Shown here piece by piece: positions 29,807-42,900 of a DNA stretch of 64,000 nt. The DNA is from the human T2T-CHM13v2.0 reference genome, Homo sapiens. Made by a program: the position numbers and the translations under genes. Within the stretch, counting starts at the first letter, position 1, and each line of letters starts with the position of its first letter. The stretch is from the NCBI RefSeq assembly GCF_009914755.1, contig NC_060940.1. One strand, given 5' to 3'. The notes beneath the pieces were generated by a model. It saw only the letters and a program-made list of their open reading frames with translations, was not told the origin of the DNA and made no database searches.

Positions 29807-32800
29807 TCAGTGATGTTTCCATTCGACTCCATTCGATGATGATTCCATTCGACTCCATTCGATTATGATTTCATTCAATTCCATTCGATAATGATTCCCT
29901 TCGAGTCCATTCGATGATTCCATTCGATTCCATTCAACGATGATTTGATTCGTGTCCATTCGATGATTCCATTTGATTCCACTTGATGATGATTCCATTC
30001 GAGTCCATTTGATGATTCCATTCAATTCCATACTCCGATGATTTCTTTTGAGCCCACTCAATGCTTCCACTCGATTCCATATGATGATGACTCCATTCGA
30101 TGAAATTCGATGATGATTCCATTCGCTTGCTTTCGATGATGATTCCACTTGAGTCCGTTAGAAGATTCTATTCAATTACATTCCAGGACGATTCCGTTCG
30201 AGTCCATTTGATGATTCCATTAGACTCCATTCGACGATGATTCCATTCGATGTTATTCGATGATTCCATTCGATCTCATTCGATGATGATTCCATTCAAC
30301 TCCATTCGATGTTTCCATTCGAGTTCATTCTATTATTCCATTAGATTCCATTCGATGATGATTCCATTCGATTCCATTTGATGATTGCATTCTATTTCAT
30401 TTGATGATGATTCCATTCGAGTCCACTCGATGATTCCATTCGAGTCCATTTAATGAATCCATTGGTTTCAATTCTATGATGATTACATTGGATTCCATTC
30501 GTTGATGATTTCATTCGGTTCCATTCAATGATGATTCCATTCAATTCCTTTCAATGTTTCCATTCAATTCCATACGATGATGATTCCATTTGATTTGATT
30601 CGACAGTGAGCCATTCGATTCAATTCCATGATGATTCTATTTGATTCAATTGGTTGACATTTCCATTCGATTCCATTAGATGATGATTCCCTTTGATTCC
30701 GTTCAAAGATGATTCCATTCTAGCCCATTCAATCATTCCATTCGATTCTATTCAATGATGATTCCATTCATGTCGATTTGGTGATTCCATTTGACTTCAT
30801 TTGATGATGATTCCTTTCAAGTTCATTAGATGATTCCATTCGATTCCATTTGATGATGATCCCATTCGAGTCCATTCAGTGATTCCATTCGTTTCCATTC
30901 CATGATGATTCCATTCCTTTCCATTCAATGATTCCATTCGATTCCGTTTGATGATGATTTCATTCGAGTCCATTTGATGATTCCATTTGATTCCATTCGA
31001 TGATGATTCCATTCGAGTCCATTCGATGATTCTATTCGAATCCATTTGATGATTTCTTTTGATTATATTTGGTGATGATTCCATTGGAGTCCATTCAATG
31101 ATTCCATTCTATTCCAATCGATGATGATTCCATTAGAGTCCATTTAATGATTCCATTTGATTCCAGTCTCTGATGATTACATTCGAGTCCATACGATGAT
31201 TCCACTCAATTCCATATGATGATGATTCCATTTGATTCCATTCGGTGATTCCATTCTATTCTATTCAATGGTGATTCCATTCGAGTACATTAGATGATTC
31301 CATTCGATTCCATTCAATGATGATTCTATTTGTGTCCCTTAGATGATTCCACATGATTCCATTAGATGATGATACTATTTGAGCCCATCCAATGATTCCC
31401 TTCGATTCCATTCGATGAGGATTCCATTCGATTCAATTCATTGGTGATTCTATTCAATTCAATTCTTTGATTCCATTCCATTCCATTCGACAATGATTCC
31501 ATTCGATTTCTTTCGATGATTCCACTCGATTCCACTTGACATTGATTCCATTCGATTCCATTCAATGATTCCATTTGATTCCAGTGGATGATGATTGCCA
31601 TCGATTCCATTCGATCACTCCATTCTATTCCATTTGATGATGATTACATTCGATTCCATTTGATGATTCCATCTGATTCTATTCGAGGATTCCATTTGAT
31701 TCCATTCGATGATGATTCCATTCGAGTCCATTCGATGATTTCATTCGAGTACATCCAATGATTCCATTCGAGTCCATTAGATGATTCCATTTGATTCCAT
31801 TTGAAAATGATTCTACTAGAGTCCATTCAATGACTCCATTCGAGTCCATTCAACAATTCCATTCGACTCCATTCGATGATTCCATTCGATTCCATTTGAT
31901 GGTTCCATTCGAGTCCATTTAATCATTACAGTCGAGTCCATTTGGTGATTCCACTGGATTTCTTTTGATAATGATACCATTCAATTACATTTGATGATGA
32001 TCCCATTCAATTTCATTTGATGATGATTCCATTAGAGTCCATTCGATGATTTCATTCGAGTCCCTTCATTGATTCCATCCGATTTCATTGGATGATGACT
32101 CCATTCGAGTCCATTCGATGATTCCACTCGATTCCATTAGATGACTCCATTGGAGTCCATTTGATTGTTCCATTCGATTCCATTCGATTCCTTTCGAAGA
32201 TTATTCCATTTGAGTCCATTCGATGATGATTCCATTCCATTCCATTCGATGATTCCGTTTGATTCCATTCGATGATTCCCTTCGATTCCTTTCTTTGATG
32301 ATTCCATTCCATTCCATTCAATGATTCCATTCGAATCTATTCCATGATGATTCCTTTCGATTCCATTCGCTGATGTTTCCGTTCAATTCCATTCGATGAT
32401 GATTCCATTCGATTCCATTCATTGAGGATTCCATTTGATTCCATTCAATGATGATTCCATTCTATTCCATTCAATGATTGCATTCAATTCCATTCAATGA
32501 TTATCCCCTTAGAGTAAACTCAACGATTCCATTCAATACCATTCGATGATGATTCCTTTTGAGTCCATTCAATGATTTCATTCAAGTCCATTTGATGATT
32601 CCTTTCAATTCCATTCTATGATGATTCCATTCGAGTCCATTCGATGATTCCATTCGATTGCATTCGATGATTCCATTATATTCCATTCAACGGTGATTCC
32701 ATTCGAGTCCATTCCATGATTCCATTAGAGTACATTTAATGATTGCTTTGTTTTCAATTCGAAGATGATTACATTGGATTCCATTCTATGATACCATTCG

Positions 32801-35800
32801 ATTCCATTCAATGATGATTCCACTCAAATCCATTGGATGATTCCATTCGTGTCCATTCGGTGATTTCATTAGATTCCATTCGAGGATGATTCCATTCGAT
32901 TCCATTCGATGATTCCATTCAATTCCATTCGATGATGATTCCATTCCAGTCCATATGATCATTCCATTTGATTTCATTCGATGATGATTCCATTCGATTC
33001 CATTCGACGATTCCATTCTATTCCATTCGATGATGATTCCATTCGAGTCCATTCGATGATTCCATTCGAGTCCATTTAATGATTCCATTGGGTTCAATTC
33101 AATGATGATTACATTGGATTCCGTTCTATGATTCCATTCAATTCCGTTCATTGACAATTTGATTCCATTCGATGATGATTCCATTTGAGTTCATTCGATG
33201 ATTCTATTCGATTCTCTTCGATGGTGATTCAATTCTATTATATTGGATGATTCCATTCGATTCCATTTGATGTTGATTCAATTCGATTCTATTCGATGAT
33301 GATTCCATTGGATTTCACTTGATGATTCTATTCGATTCCATTCAATGATGATTCACTTCTCGTCCATTGGATGATTCCATTTCATTCCATTCGATGATGA
33401 TTCCATTCGATTCCATTCGATGATTCCATTTGATTCCATGCGACGGTGAGCAATTCGATTCAATTCCATGATGATTCTATTTGATTCAATTAGATGATGT
33501 TTCCATTCGAATCCATTCCATGATTATTCCATTGGAATCCATTCGGCGATGATTCCATATGAGTCAATTCAATGATCATTCCATATGGGTCCGTTCGATG
33601 ATAATTCCATTTGATTTCATTCGATGCTTCTATTCTATTCCAGTCGATGATGATTCCGTTGGAGTCCATACGATGATTCCATTTGATTTCATTTGATGAT
33701 GGTTCCATTCGATGATGATTACATTGGATTCCATTCTATGATTCCATTCAATTCCATTCGTTGATGATTCGATTCCATTCAATGATGATTCCATTTGAGT
33801 TCATTCGATGATTCTATTCGATTCCGTTCGATGGTGATTCAATTCTATTATATTGGATGATTCCACTCGATTCCATTTGATGATTATTCCATTGGAGTCC
33901 ACTTAGTGAATCCTTTAGATTCTACTCGACGATGATTCCATTCGAGTCCATTCGATGATACCATTCAATTCCATTCGTTGATGCTTCCATTCAAGTGCAT
34001 TCGATGATATCATTCGATTCCATTTGATGATAATTCCATTTGATTCCATGCGATGATTCTATTCGATTCCATTCAATGATAATTCCATTCAATTCAGTGA
34101 TTCCTCTGGACTCCATTTGATGATGATTCCATTCAATGATTCCATTCGATTCTATTCGAAAATGATTCCATTTGAATCCATTTGATGATGATTCCATTCG
34201 ATTCCATTCGACGATGATTCCATTCGATTCCATTTGATGATTCCATTCTATTCTATTCGATGATGATTCCATTCGATTCCATTCGACGATGATTGGATTC
34301 GATTCCATTTGATGATTTCATTTGATTCCATTCGTTAATGATTTCGATCAACTCCATTCGATGATTCCATTTGATTCCATTCGATAATGATTACATCCGA
34401 GTCCATTCGATGATTCCATTTGAGCCCGTTCGATAATTCCATTTGAGTCCAATCAATGATTCCATTCATTTCCATTCAATGATTCCATTCGAGTCCATTT
34501 GATCATTCTGGTAGGGTCCGTTCGATGTTGATTCCATTGGAGTGCATTCGATGATTCCATTCGAGTCCATTTTATGATTTGATTCGAGTCCTTTCGATGA
34601 TTCCATTCGATTCCACTCGATGATGATTTCATTCGAGTCCATTCGACACTTTCAATCGATTCCATTTGATGATTCCATTCGAGTCCAATTGATGATTCCA
34701 TTCAATTCCATTCGATGATGATTCCGTACGATTCCATTCTGTGATGATTCCATGTGATTGCATTCAATGATGATTCCTTTCGACTGCATTCGATTATGAT
34801 TCATTTCGTGTTCATTCTATGGTTCCACAGGTTTCCATTCGATGACGTTTCCGTTCGTGTCCATTCCATTATTCCATTCTATTTCATTTGATGATGATTC
34901 CATTCGATTCCATTCATTGGTGATTCCACTCAATTCCATTCAGTGATTCCATTCCATTTCTTTCAACAATGATTCCATTAGTTTCTATTCGATGATCCAC
35001 TTGATTCCATTTGGCGATGATTCCATTCGTGTCCATTCGATGATTCCATTTGATTCCATATGATGATGATTCCATTCGATTCCATACCATGATGATTCCA
35101 TTCGAGTCCATTCAATGGTGATTCCATTCAATTCCATTCGATGATTCCTTCCGATTCCATTCGATGATGATGGCATTCGATTCCTTTCAATCATTCCCTT
35201 TGATTCCATTCAAAGGTGATTTCATTCAAGTCCATTCGATAATTGCATTCGATTCCATTCTATGATGATTCCATTCGAGTCCATTTGATGATTCCATTCA
35301 ATTCAAGTCAATGATGATTCCATTCGATTCCATTCGATGATTCCATTGGATTCCATTCGATGATGATTCCATTCAAATCCATTCGATAATTCAATTCAAG
35401 TCCATTCGATGATGATTCCAATCGAATCCATTCAAAGATTCCATTCAATTCCATTCGATGATGATTCCCTTAGATTCCATTCGATGATTCCACTTGATTC
35501 CATTTACGATGATTCCATTCGATTCCATGTGATGAATCCATTCAATTCTATTCAATGATGTTTCCATTTGATTCCATTGGACCATGATTGCCTTTGATTC
35601 CATTCAATGATTCCATTCGGTTCCATTTGATGATGATTCCGTTCGATTCCATTTGATGATTCCATTTGATTCCATTGGATGAGTCCATTCGATTACATTC
35701 GATGATTATTCCATTCGAGTGCATTAGATGATTGCATTCGAGTCCATTCGATGATTCCATTCGATTCCATTCGATGTTGATTCTGTTCAAATCCATTCGA

Positions 35801-35914
35801 TGATTCCACTCGATTCCATTCGATGACTCCATTTGATCCCATTCGATGATTTCCTGTGATTCCCTTTGATGATCATTCTATTTGATTCAATTCGGTGATT
35901 TCATTTCATTCCAT
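29807..35914 (+). repeat. Higher-order unit U6, 6,108 bp (-23, +16, +3)
   Basis: Near-identical to U5 up to ~34190. After that it carries U3-type variants (offset 18,226 to U3). Confidence 0.9.
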
Positions 35915-38900
35915 TCAGTGATGTTTCCATTCGACTGTATTCGATGATGATTCCATTCGACTCCATTCGATTATGATTTCATTCAATTCCATTCAATAAT
36001 GATTCCCTTCGAGTCCATTCGATGATTCCATTCGATTCCATTCAACGATGATTTGATTCGTTTCCATTCGATGATTCCATTTGATTCCACTTGATGATGA
36101 TTCCATTCGAGTCCATTTGATGATTCCATTCGAGTCTATTTATGTATTATATTCGTGTCCACTTCATGATTCCATTCAATTCCATTTAATGTTGATTCCA
36201 TTTGATTCCATTTGATGATTCAGTTCGATTCCTTGCAATGATTCCCTACGATTCCTTTCTATGATGATTCCATTCGATTCCATTCATTGATGATTTCATT
36301 CGACTCCATTCGATGATGATTCCTTTCGATTCCATTTGACGATGTTTCCATTCGAGTCCATTCGATGATGATTCTATTCAATTCTGTTCTATTATGATTC
36401 CATTCGATTTCATTCAATGCTTCTATTTGATTCCATTCGATGATGATTCCATCTCTTTCCCTTCGATGATTCCATTTGATTCCATTCAGTGATGATTCCA
36501 TTTGATTCCATCTGATGATGATTTCACTTGATTCCTTTCAATGATGATTCAATTGAAGTCCATTCGATGATTCCATTGGAGTCCAAACGATCATTCCGTT
36601 CTATTCCATTCAATGGTGATTCCATTCATGTCCATTCGATGAATCCATTCAATTCCATTCGAAGATGACTCCATTCGAGTACATTCGATGATTCCATTTG
36701 ATTCCATTTGAAGATGATTCCATTCAATTCCATTCGAAGATGATTCCATTCAATTCCATTCGATGATGATTCCGTTTGAATCCATTCTCTGATTATTCCA
36801 TTCGATTCCATTCATTGACGATTCCATTCAATTCCATTCAATGATGATTCTCTTCTATTCCATTCGATGATTCCGGTCGATTCCATTCGATGATGATTCC
36901 ATTAGATTCCATTCGATTGTTGCATTCGATTCCCTTCGATGATGATTCCTTTGAATTCCATTCGATTATCATTCCGTATGAATCCATTTGATGATTATTC
37001 CATTGGATTCCTTTCGATGATGATTCCATTCGATTCCATTTGATGATGTTTCTCTTGTATTCCATTGGATAATTCCTTTCAGTTCCCTTCGATGATTATT
37101 CTTTCGAGTCAATTCGATGATTCTATTCCATTCCCTTCGATGATGATTCCATTTCACTCCATTTGATGATTCCATTCGACTCAATTTGGTGATGATTCAA
37201 TTCGATGACATTCGATGACTCCATTCAATTTCATTTGATGATGATTACATTCGAGTCCATTTGATGATTGTATTCCTTTCCTTTTGATGATTATTCCATT
37301 CGTGTCTATTCAAAGATTCCATTCTATTCCATTCAATGATGATTGCATTTGATTCCATTCAATGATTATGGCTATCGATTCCACTCGTTGATTCCATTTG
37401 ATTCCGTTCGATGATTATTCCGTTAGATTCCATTAGAAGATTCCATTCGATTTTATTCAATGATTCCAATGGATTCCATTCTATGATGATTCCATTCGAC
37501 TCCATTCAGTGATTCCATTCGAGTCCATTTGATGATTCCATTCTTTTCCATTTGATGATGATTCCATTAGGGTCCATTCAATGATTCCATTCGAGTCCAT
37601 TCGTTAATGCCTTTCGAGTCCTTTTGATCACTACATTCGAGTCCATTCAATGATTCTATTCGATTCCATTCCATGATGATTCCATTCGAGTTCATTCGAT
37701 GATTGCATTCGAGTCCATTTGATGATTCCATATGATTCCATTCGACAATGATTCCATTCGTGTCCATTTGATGATTCCATTCATTTCCTATCGATGAAGA
37801 TTCCATTCCAGTGTATTCGATGATTCCATTCAAATCCATTCGATGATGATTCCATTCCAGTCCATTCGATCATTCCACTTGATTCCATTTGATGACTATT
37901 CCATTCAAATCCATTTGATGATTCCATTCTATTCCATTCGATGTTACCATTCCAGTATATACGATGATTCCACTCGATTCCATTTGATGATTATTCCATT
38001 GGAGTCCACTTAGTGAATCCTTTAGATTCTACTCGAAGATGATTCCATTCGAGTCCATTCGATGATACCATTCAATTCCATTCGTTGATGCTTCCATTCA
38101 AGTGCATTCGATGATATCATTCGATTCCATTTGATGATAATTCCATTTGATTCCATGCGATGATTCTATTCGATTCCATTCAATGATAATTCCATTCAAT
38201 TCAGTGATTCCTCTGGACTCCATTTGATGATGATTCCATTCAATGATTCCATTCGATTCTATTCGAAAATGATTCCATTTGAATCCATTTGATGATGATT
38301 CCATTGGATTCCATTTGATGATTCCATTCGATTCCATTCGATGATGATTCCATTCGATTCCTTTTGATGAATCCATTCTATTGTATTCGATGATGATTCC
38401 ATTCGATTCCATTCGATGATGATTGGATTCGATTCCATTTGATGATTTCATTTGATTCCATTTGATAAGGATTTCGATGAATTCCATTCGATGATTCCAT
38501 TCGATTCCATTCGATAATGATTACATCCGAGTCCATTCGATGATTCCATTTGAGCCCGTTCGATAATTCCATTTGAGTCCAATCAATGATTCCATTCATT
38601 TCCATTCAATGATTCCATTCGAGTCCATTTGATCATTCCGGTAGGGTCCGTTCGATGTTGATTCCATTGGAGTGCATTCGATGATTCCATTCGAGTCCAT
38701 TTTAGGATTTGATTCGAGTCCTTTCGATGATTCCATTCGATTCCACTCGATGATTTCATTCGAGTCCATTCGACACTTCCAATCGATTCCATTTGATGTT
38801 TCCATTCGATTCCAATTGATGATTCCATTCAATTCCATTCGATGATGATTCCGTACGATTCCATTCTGTGATGATTCCATGTGATTGCATTCAATGATGA

Positions 38901-39995
38901 TTCCTTTCGATTGCATTCGATTATGATTCATTTCGTGTTCATTCTATGGTTCCACAGGTTTCCATTCGATGATGTTTCCATTCGTGTCCATTCCATTATT
39001 CCATTCTATTCCATTTGAAGATGATTCCATTCGATTCCATTCATTGGTGATTCCACTCAATTCCATTCAATGATTCCATTCCATTTCTTTCAACAATGAT
39101 TCCATTAGTTTCTATTCGATGATCCACTTGATTCCATTTGACGATGATTCCATTCGTGTCCATTCGATGATTCCATTTGATTCCATATGATGATGATTCC
39201 ATTCGATTCCATACGATGATGATTCCATTCGAGTCCATTCAATGGTGATTCCATTCGAGTCCATTCAATGTTGATTCCATTCAATTCCATTCGATGATTC
39301 CTTTCGATTCCATTCAATGATGATGGCATTCGATTCCTTTCGATCATTCCCTTTGATTCCATTCAAAGGTGATTTCATTCAAGTCCATTCGATAATTGCA
39401 TTCGATTCCATTCTATGATGATTCCATTCGAGTCCATTTGATGATTCCATTCAATTCAAGTCAATGATGATTCCATTCGATTCCACTCGATGATTCCATT
39501 GGATTCCATTCGATGATGATTCCATTAAAATCCATTCGATAATTCAATTCAAGTCCATTCGATGATGATTCCAATCGAATCCATTCAAAGATTCCAGTCA
39601 ATTCCATTCGATGATGATTCCCTTAGATTCCATTCGATGATTCCACTTGATTCCATTTACGATGATTCCATTCGATTCCATGTGATGAATCCATTCAATT
39701 CTATTCAATGATGTTTCCACTTGATTCCATTCGAACATGATTGCCTTTGATTCCATTCAATGATTCCATACGGTTCCATTTGATGATGATTCCATTCGAG
39801 TGCATTAGATGATTCCATTCGAGTCCATTCGATGATTCCATTCGATTCCATTCGATGTTGATTCTGTTCAAATCCATTCGATGATTCCACTCGATTCCAT
39901 TCGATGACTCCAGTTGATCCCATTCGATGATTTCCTTTGATTCCCTTTGATGATCATTCCATTTGATTCAATTCGGTGATTTCATTTGATTCCAT
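35915..39995 (+). repeat. Short variant unit U7, 4,081 bp (start of canonical unit - 1.83-kb segment X - last third of canonical unit)
   Basis: Enters X at ~36130 and exits at ~37965 into GATGATTCCACTCGATTCCATTTGATGATTATTCCATTGGAGTCCACTTAGTG. It also has -3, +16, +26, +3 and -72 bp indels downstream. Confidence 0.87.
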
Positions 39996-42900
39996 TCAGT
40001 GATGTTTCCATTCAACTCCTTTCGATGATGATTCCATTCGACTCCATTCGATTATGATTTCATTCAATTCCATTCGATAATGATTCCCTTCAAGTCCATT
40101 CGATGATTCCATTCGATTCCATTCAACGATGATTTGATTCGTGTCCATTCGATGATTCCATTTGATTCCATTTGATGATGATTCCATTCGAGTCCCTTTG
40201 ATGATTCCATTCAATTCCATTCTCCGATGATTTCTTTTGAGCCCATTCAATGCTTCCACTCGATTCCATATGATGATGACTCCATTTGATGAAATTCCAT
40301 GATGATTCCATTTGCTTGCATTCGATGATGATTCCACTTGAGTCCGTTAGAAGATTCTATTCAATTACATTCCATGACGATTCTGTTCGAGTCCATTTGA
40401 TGATTCCATTAGACTCCATTCGACGATGATTCCATTCGATGTTATTCGATGATGATTCCATTCAACTCCATTCGATGTTTCCATTCGAGTTCATTCTATT
40501 ATTCCATTAGATTCCATTCGATGATGATTCCATTCGATTCCATTTGATGATTGCATTCTATTTCATTTGATGATGATTCCATTCGAGTCCATTCGATGAT
40601 TCCATTCGAGTCCATTTAATGAATCCATTGGTTTCAATTCTATGATGATTACATTGGATTCCATTCGTTGATGATTTCATTCGATTCCATTCAATGATGA
40701 TTCCATTCAATTCCATTCAATGATTCCACTCAATTCCATACGATGATGATTCCATTTGATTTGATTCGACAGTGAGCCATTCGATTCAATTCCATGATGA
40801 TTCTATTTTATTCAATTGGTTGACATTTCCATTCGATTCCATTCGATGATGATTCCATTTGATTCCATTCAAAGATGATTCCATTCTAGCCCATTCAATC
40901 ATTCCATTCGATTCTATTCAATGATGATTCCATTAATGTCGATTTGGTGATTCCATTTGACTTCATTTGATGATGATTCCTTTCAAGTTCATTAGATGAT
41001 TCCATTCGATTCCATTTGATGATGATCCCATTCGATTCTATTCAGTGATTCCACTCGTTTCCATTCCATGATGATTCCATTCCATTCCATTCAATGATTC
41101 CATTCGATTCCGTTTGATGATGATTTCATTCGAGTCCATTTGATGATTCCATTTGATTCCATTTGATGATGATTACCTTCGAGTCCATACGATGATTCCA
41201 CTCAATTCCATATGATGATGATTCCATTCGATTCCATTCGATGATTCCAGTCTATTCTATTCAATGGTGATTCCATTCGAGTACATTAGATGATTCCATT
41301 CGATTCCATTCAATGATGATTCTATTTGTGTCCCTTAGATGGTTCCACATGATTCCATTTCATGATGATACTATTTGAGCCCATCCAATGATTCCCTTCG
41401 ATTCCATTCGATGAGGATTCCATTCGATTCATTTCATTGGTGATTCTATTCAATTCAGTTCTTTGATTCCATTCCATTCCATTCGACAATGATTCCATTC
41501 GATTTCTTTCGATGATTCCACTCGATTCCACTTGACATTGATTCCATTCGATTCCATTCAATGATTCCGTTTGATTCCAGTGGATGATGATTGCCATCGA
41601 TTCCATTCGATCACTCCATTCTATTCCATTTGATGATGATTACATTCGATTCCATTTGATGATTCCATCTGATTCTATTCGAGGATTCCATTTGATTCCA
41701 TTCGATGATGATTCCATTCGAGTGCATTCGATGATTTCATTCGAGTACATCCAATGATTCCATTCGAGTCCATTTGATGATTCCATTTGATTCCATTTGA
41801 TTATGATTCTACTAGAGTCCATTCAATGACTCCATTCGAATCCATTCAACAATTCCATTCGAGGCCATTCGATGATTCCATTTCATGATTCCATTCGAGT
41901 CCATTTAATCATTACAGTCGAGTCCATTTGGTGATTCCACTGGATTTCTTTTGATAATGATACCATTCAATTACATTTGATGATGATCCCATTCAATTTC
42001 ATTTGATGGTGATTCCATTAGAGTCCATTCGATGATTTCATTCGAGTCCCTTCATTGATTCCATCCGATTTCATTGGATGATGACTCCATTCGAGTCCAT
42101 TCGATGATTCCACTCGATTCCATTAGATGATTCCATTGGAGTCCATTTGATTGTTCCATTCGATTCTATTCGATTCCTTTCGAAGATTATTCCGTTTGAG
42201 TCCATTCGATGATGATTCCATTCCATTCCATTCGATGATTCCGTTTGATTCCATTCGATGATTCCCTTCGATTCCTTTCTTTGATGATTCCATTCCATTC
42301 CATTCAATGATTCCATTCGAATCTATTCCATGATGATTCCTTTCGATTCCATTCGCTGATGTTTCCGTTCAATTCCATTCGATGATGATTCCATTCGATT
42401 CCATTCATTGAGGATTCCATTTGATTCCATTCAATGATGATTCCATTCTATTCCATTCAATGATTGCATTCGATTCCATTCAATGATTATCCCCTTAGAG
42501 TAAAATCAACGATTCCATTCAATACCATTCGATGATGATTCCTTTTGAGTCCATTCAATGATTTCATTCAAGTCCATTTGATGATTCCTTTCAATTCCAT
42601 TCTATGATGATTCCATTCGAGTCCATTCGATGATTCCATTCGATTGCATTCGATTATTCCATCATATTCCAGTCAACGATGATTCCATTCGAGTCCATTC
42701 GATGATTCCATTAGAGTACATTTAATGATTGCTTTGTTTTCAATTCGAAGATGATTACATTGGATTCCATTCTATGATACCATTCGATTCCATTCAATGA
42801 TGATTCCACTCAAATCCATTGGATGATTCCATTCGTGTCCATTCGGTGATTTCATTAGATTCCATTCGAGGATGATTCCATTCGATTCCATTCGATGATT

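Noticed and set aside
36130-37965. Segment X (~1.83 kb) as an imported chr1-type 1.77-kb unit
   Set aside because: Its length is set by a deletion junction (in U9/U10 it is continuous with Y), so the size resemblance is probably coincidental and cannot be supported without alignment.
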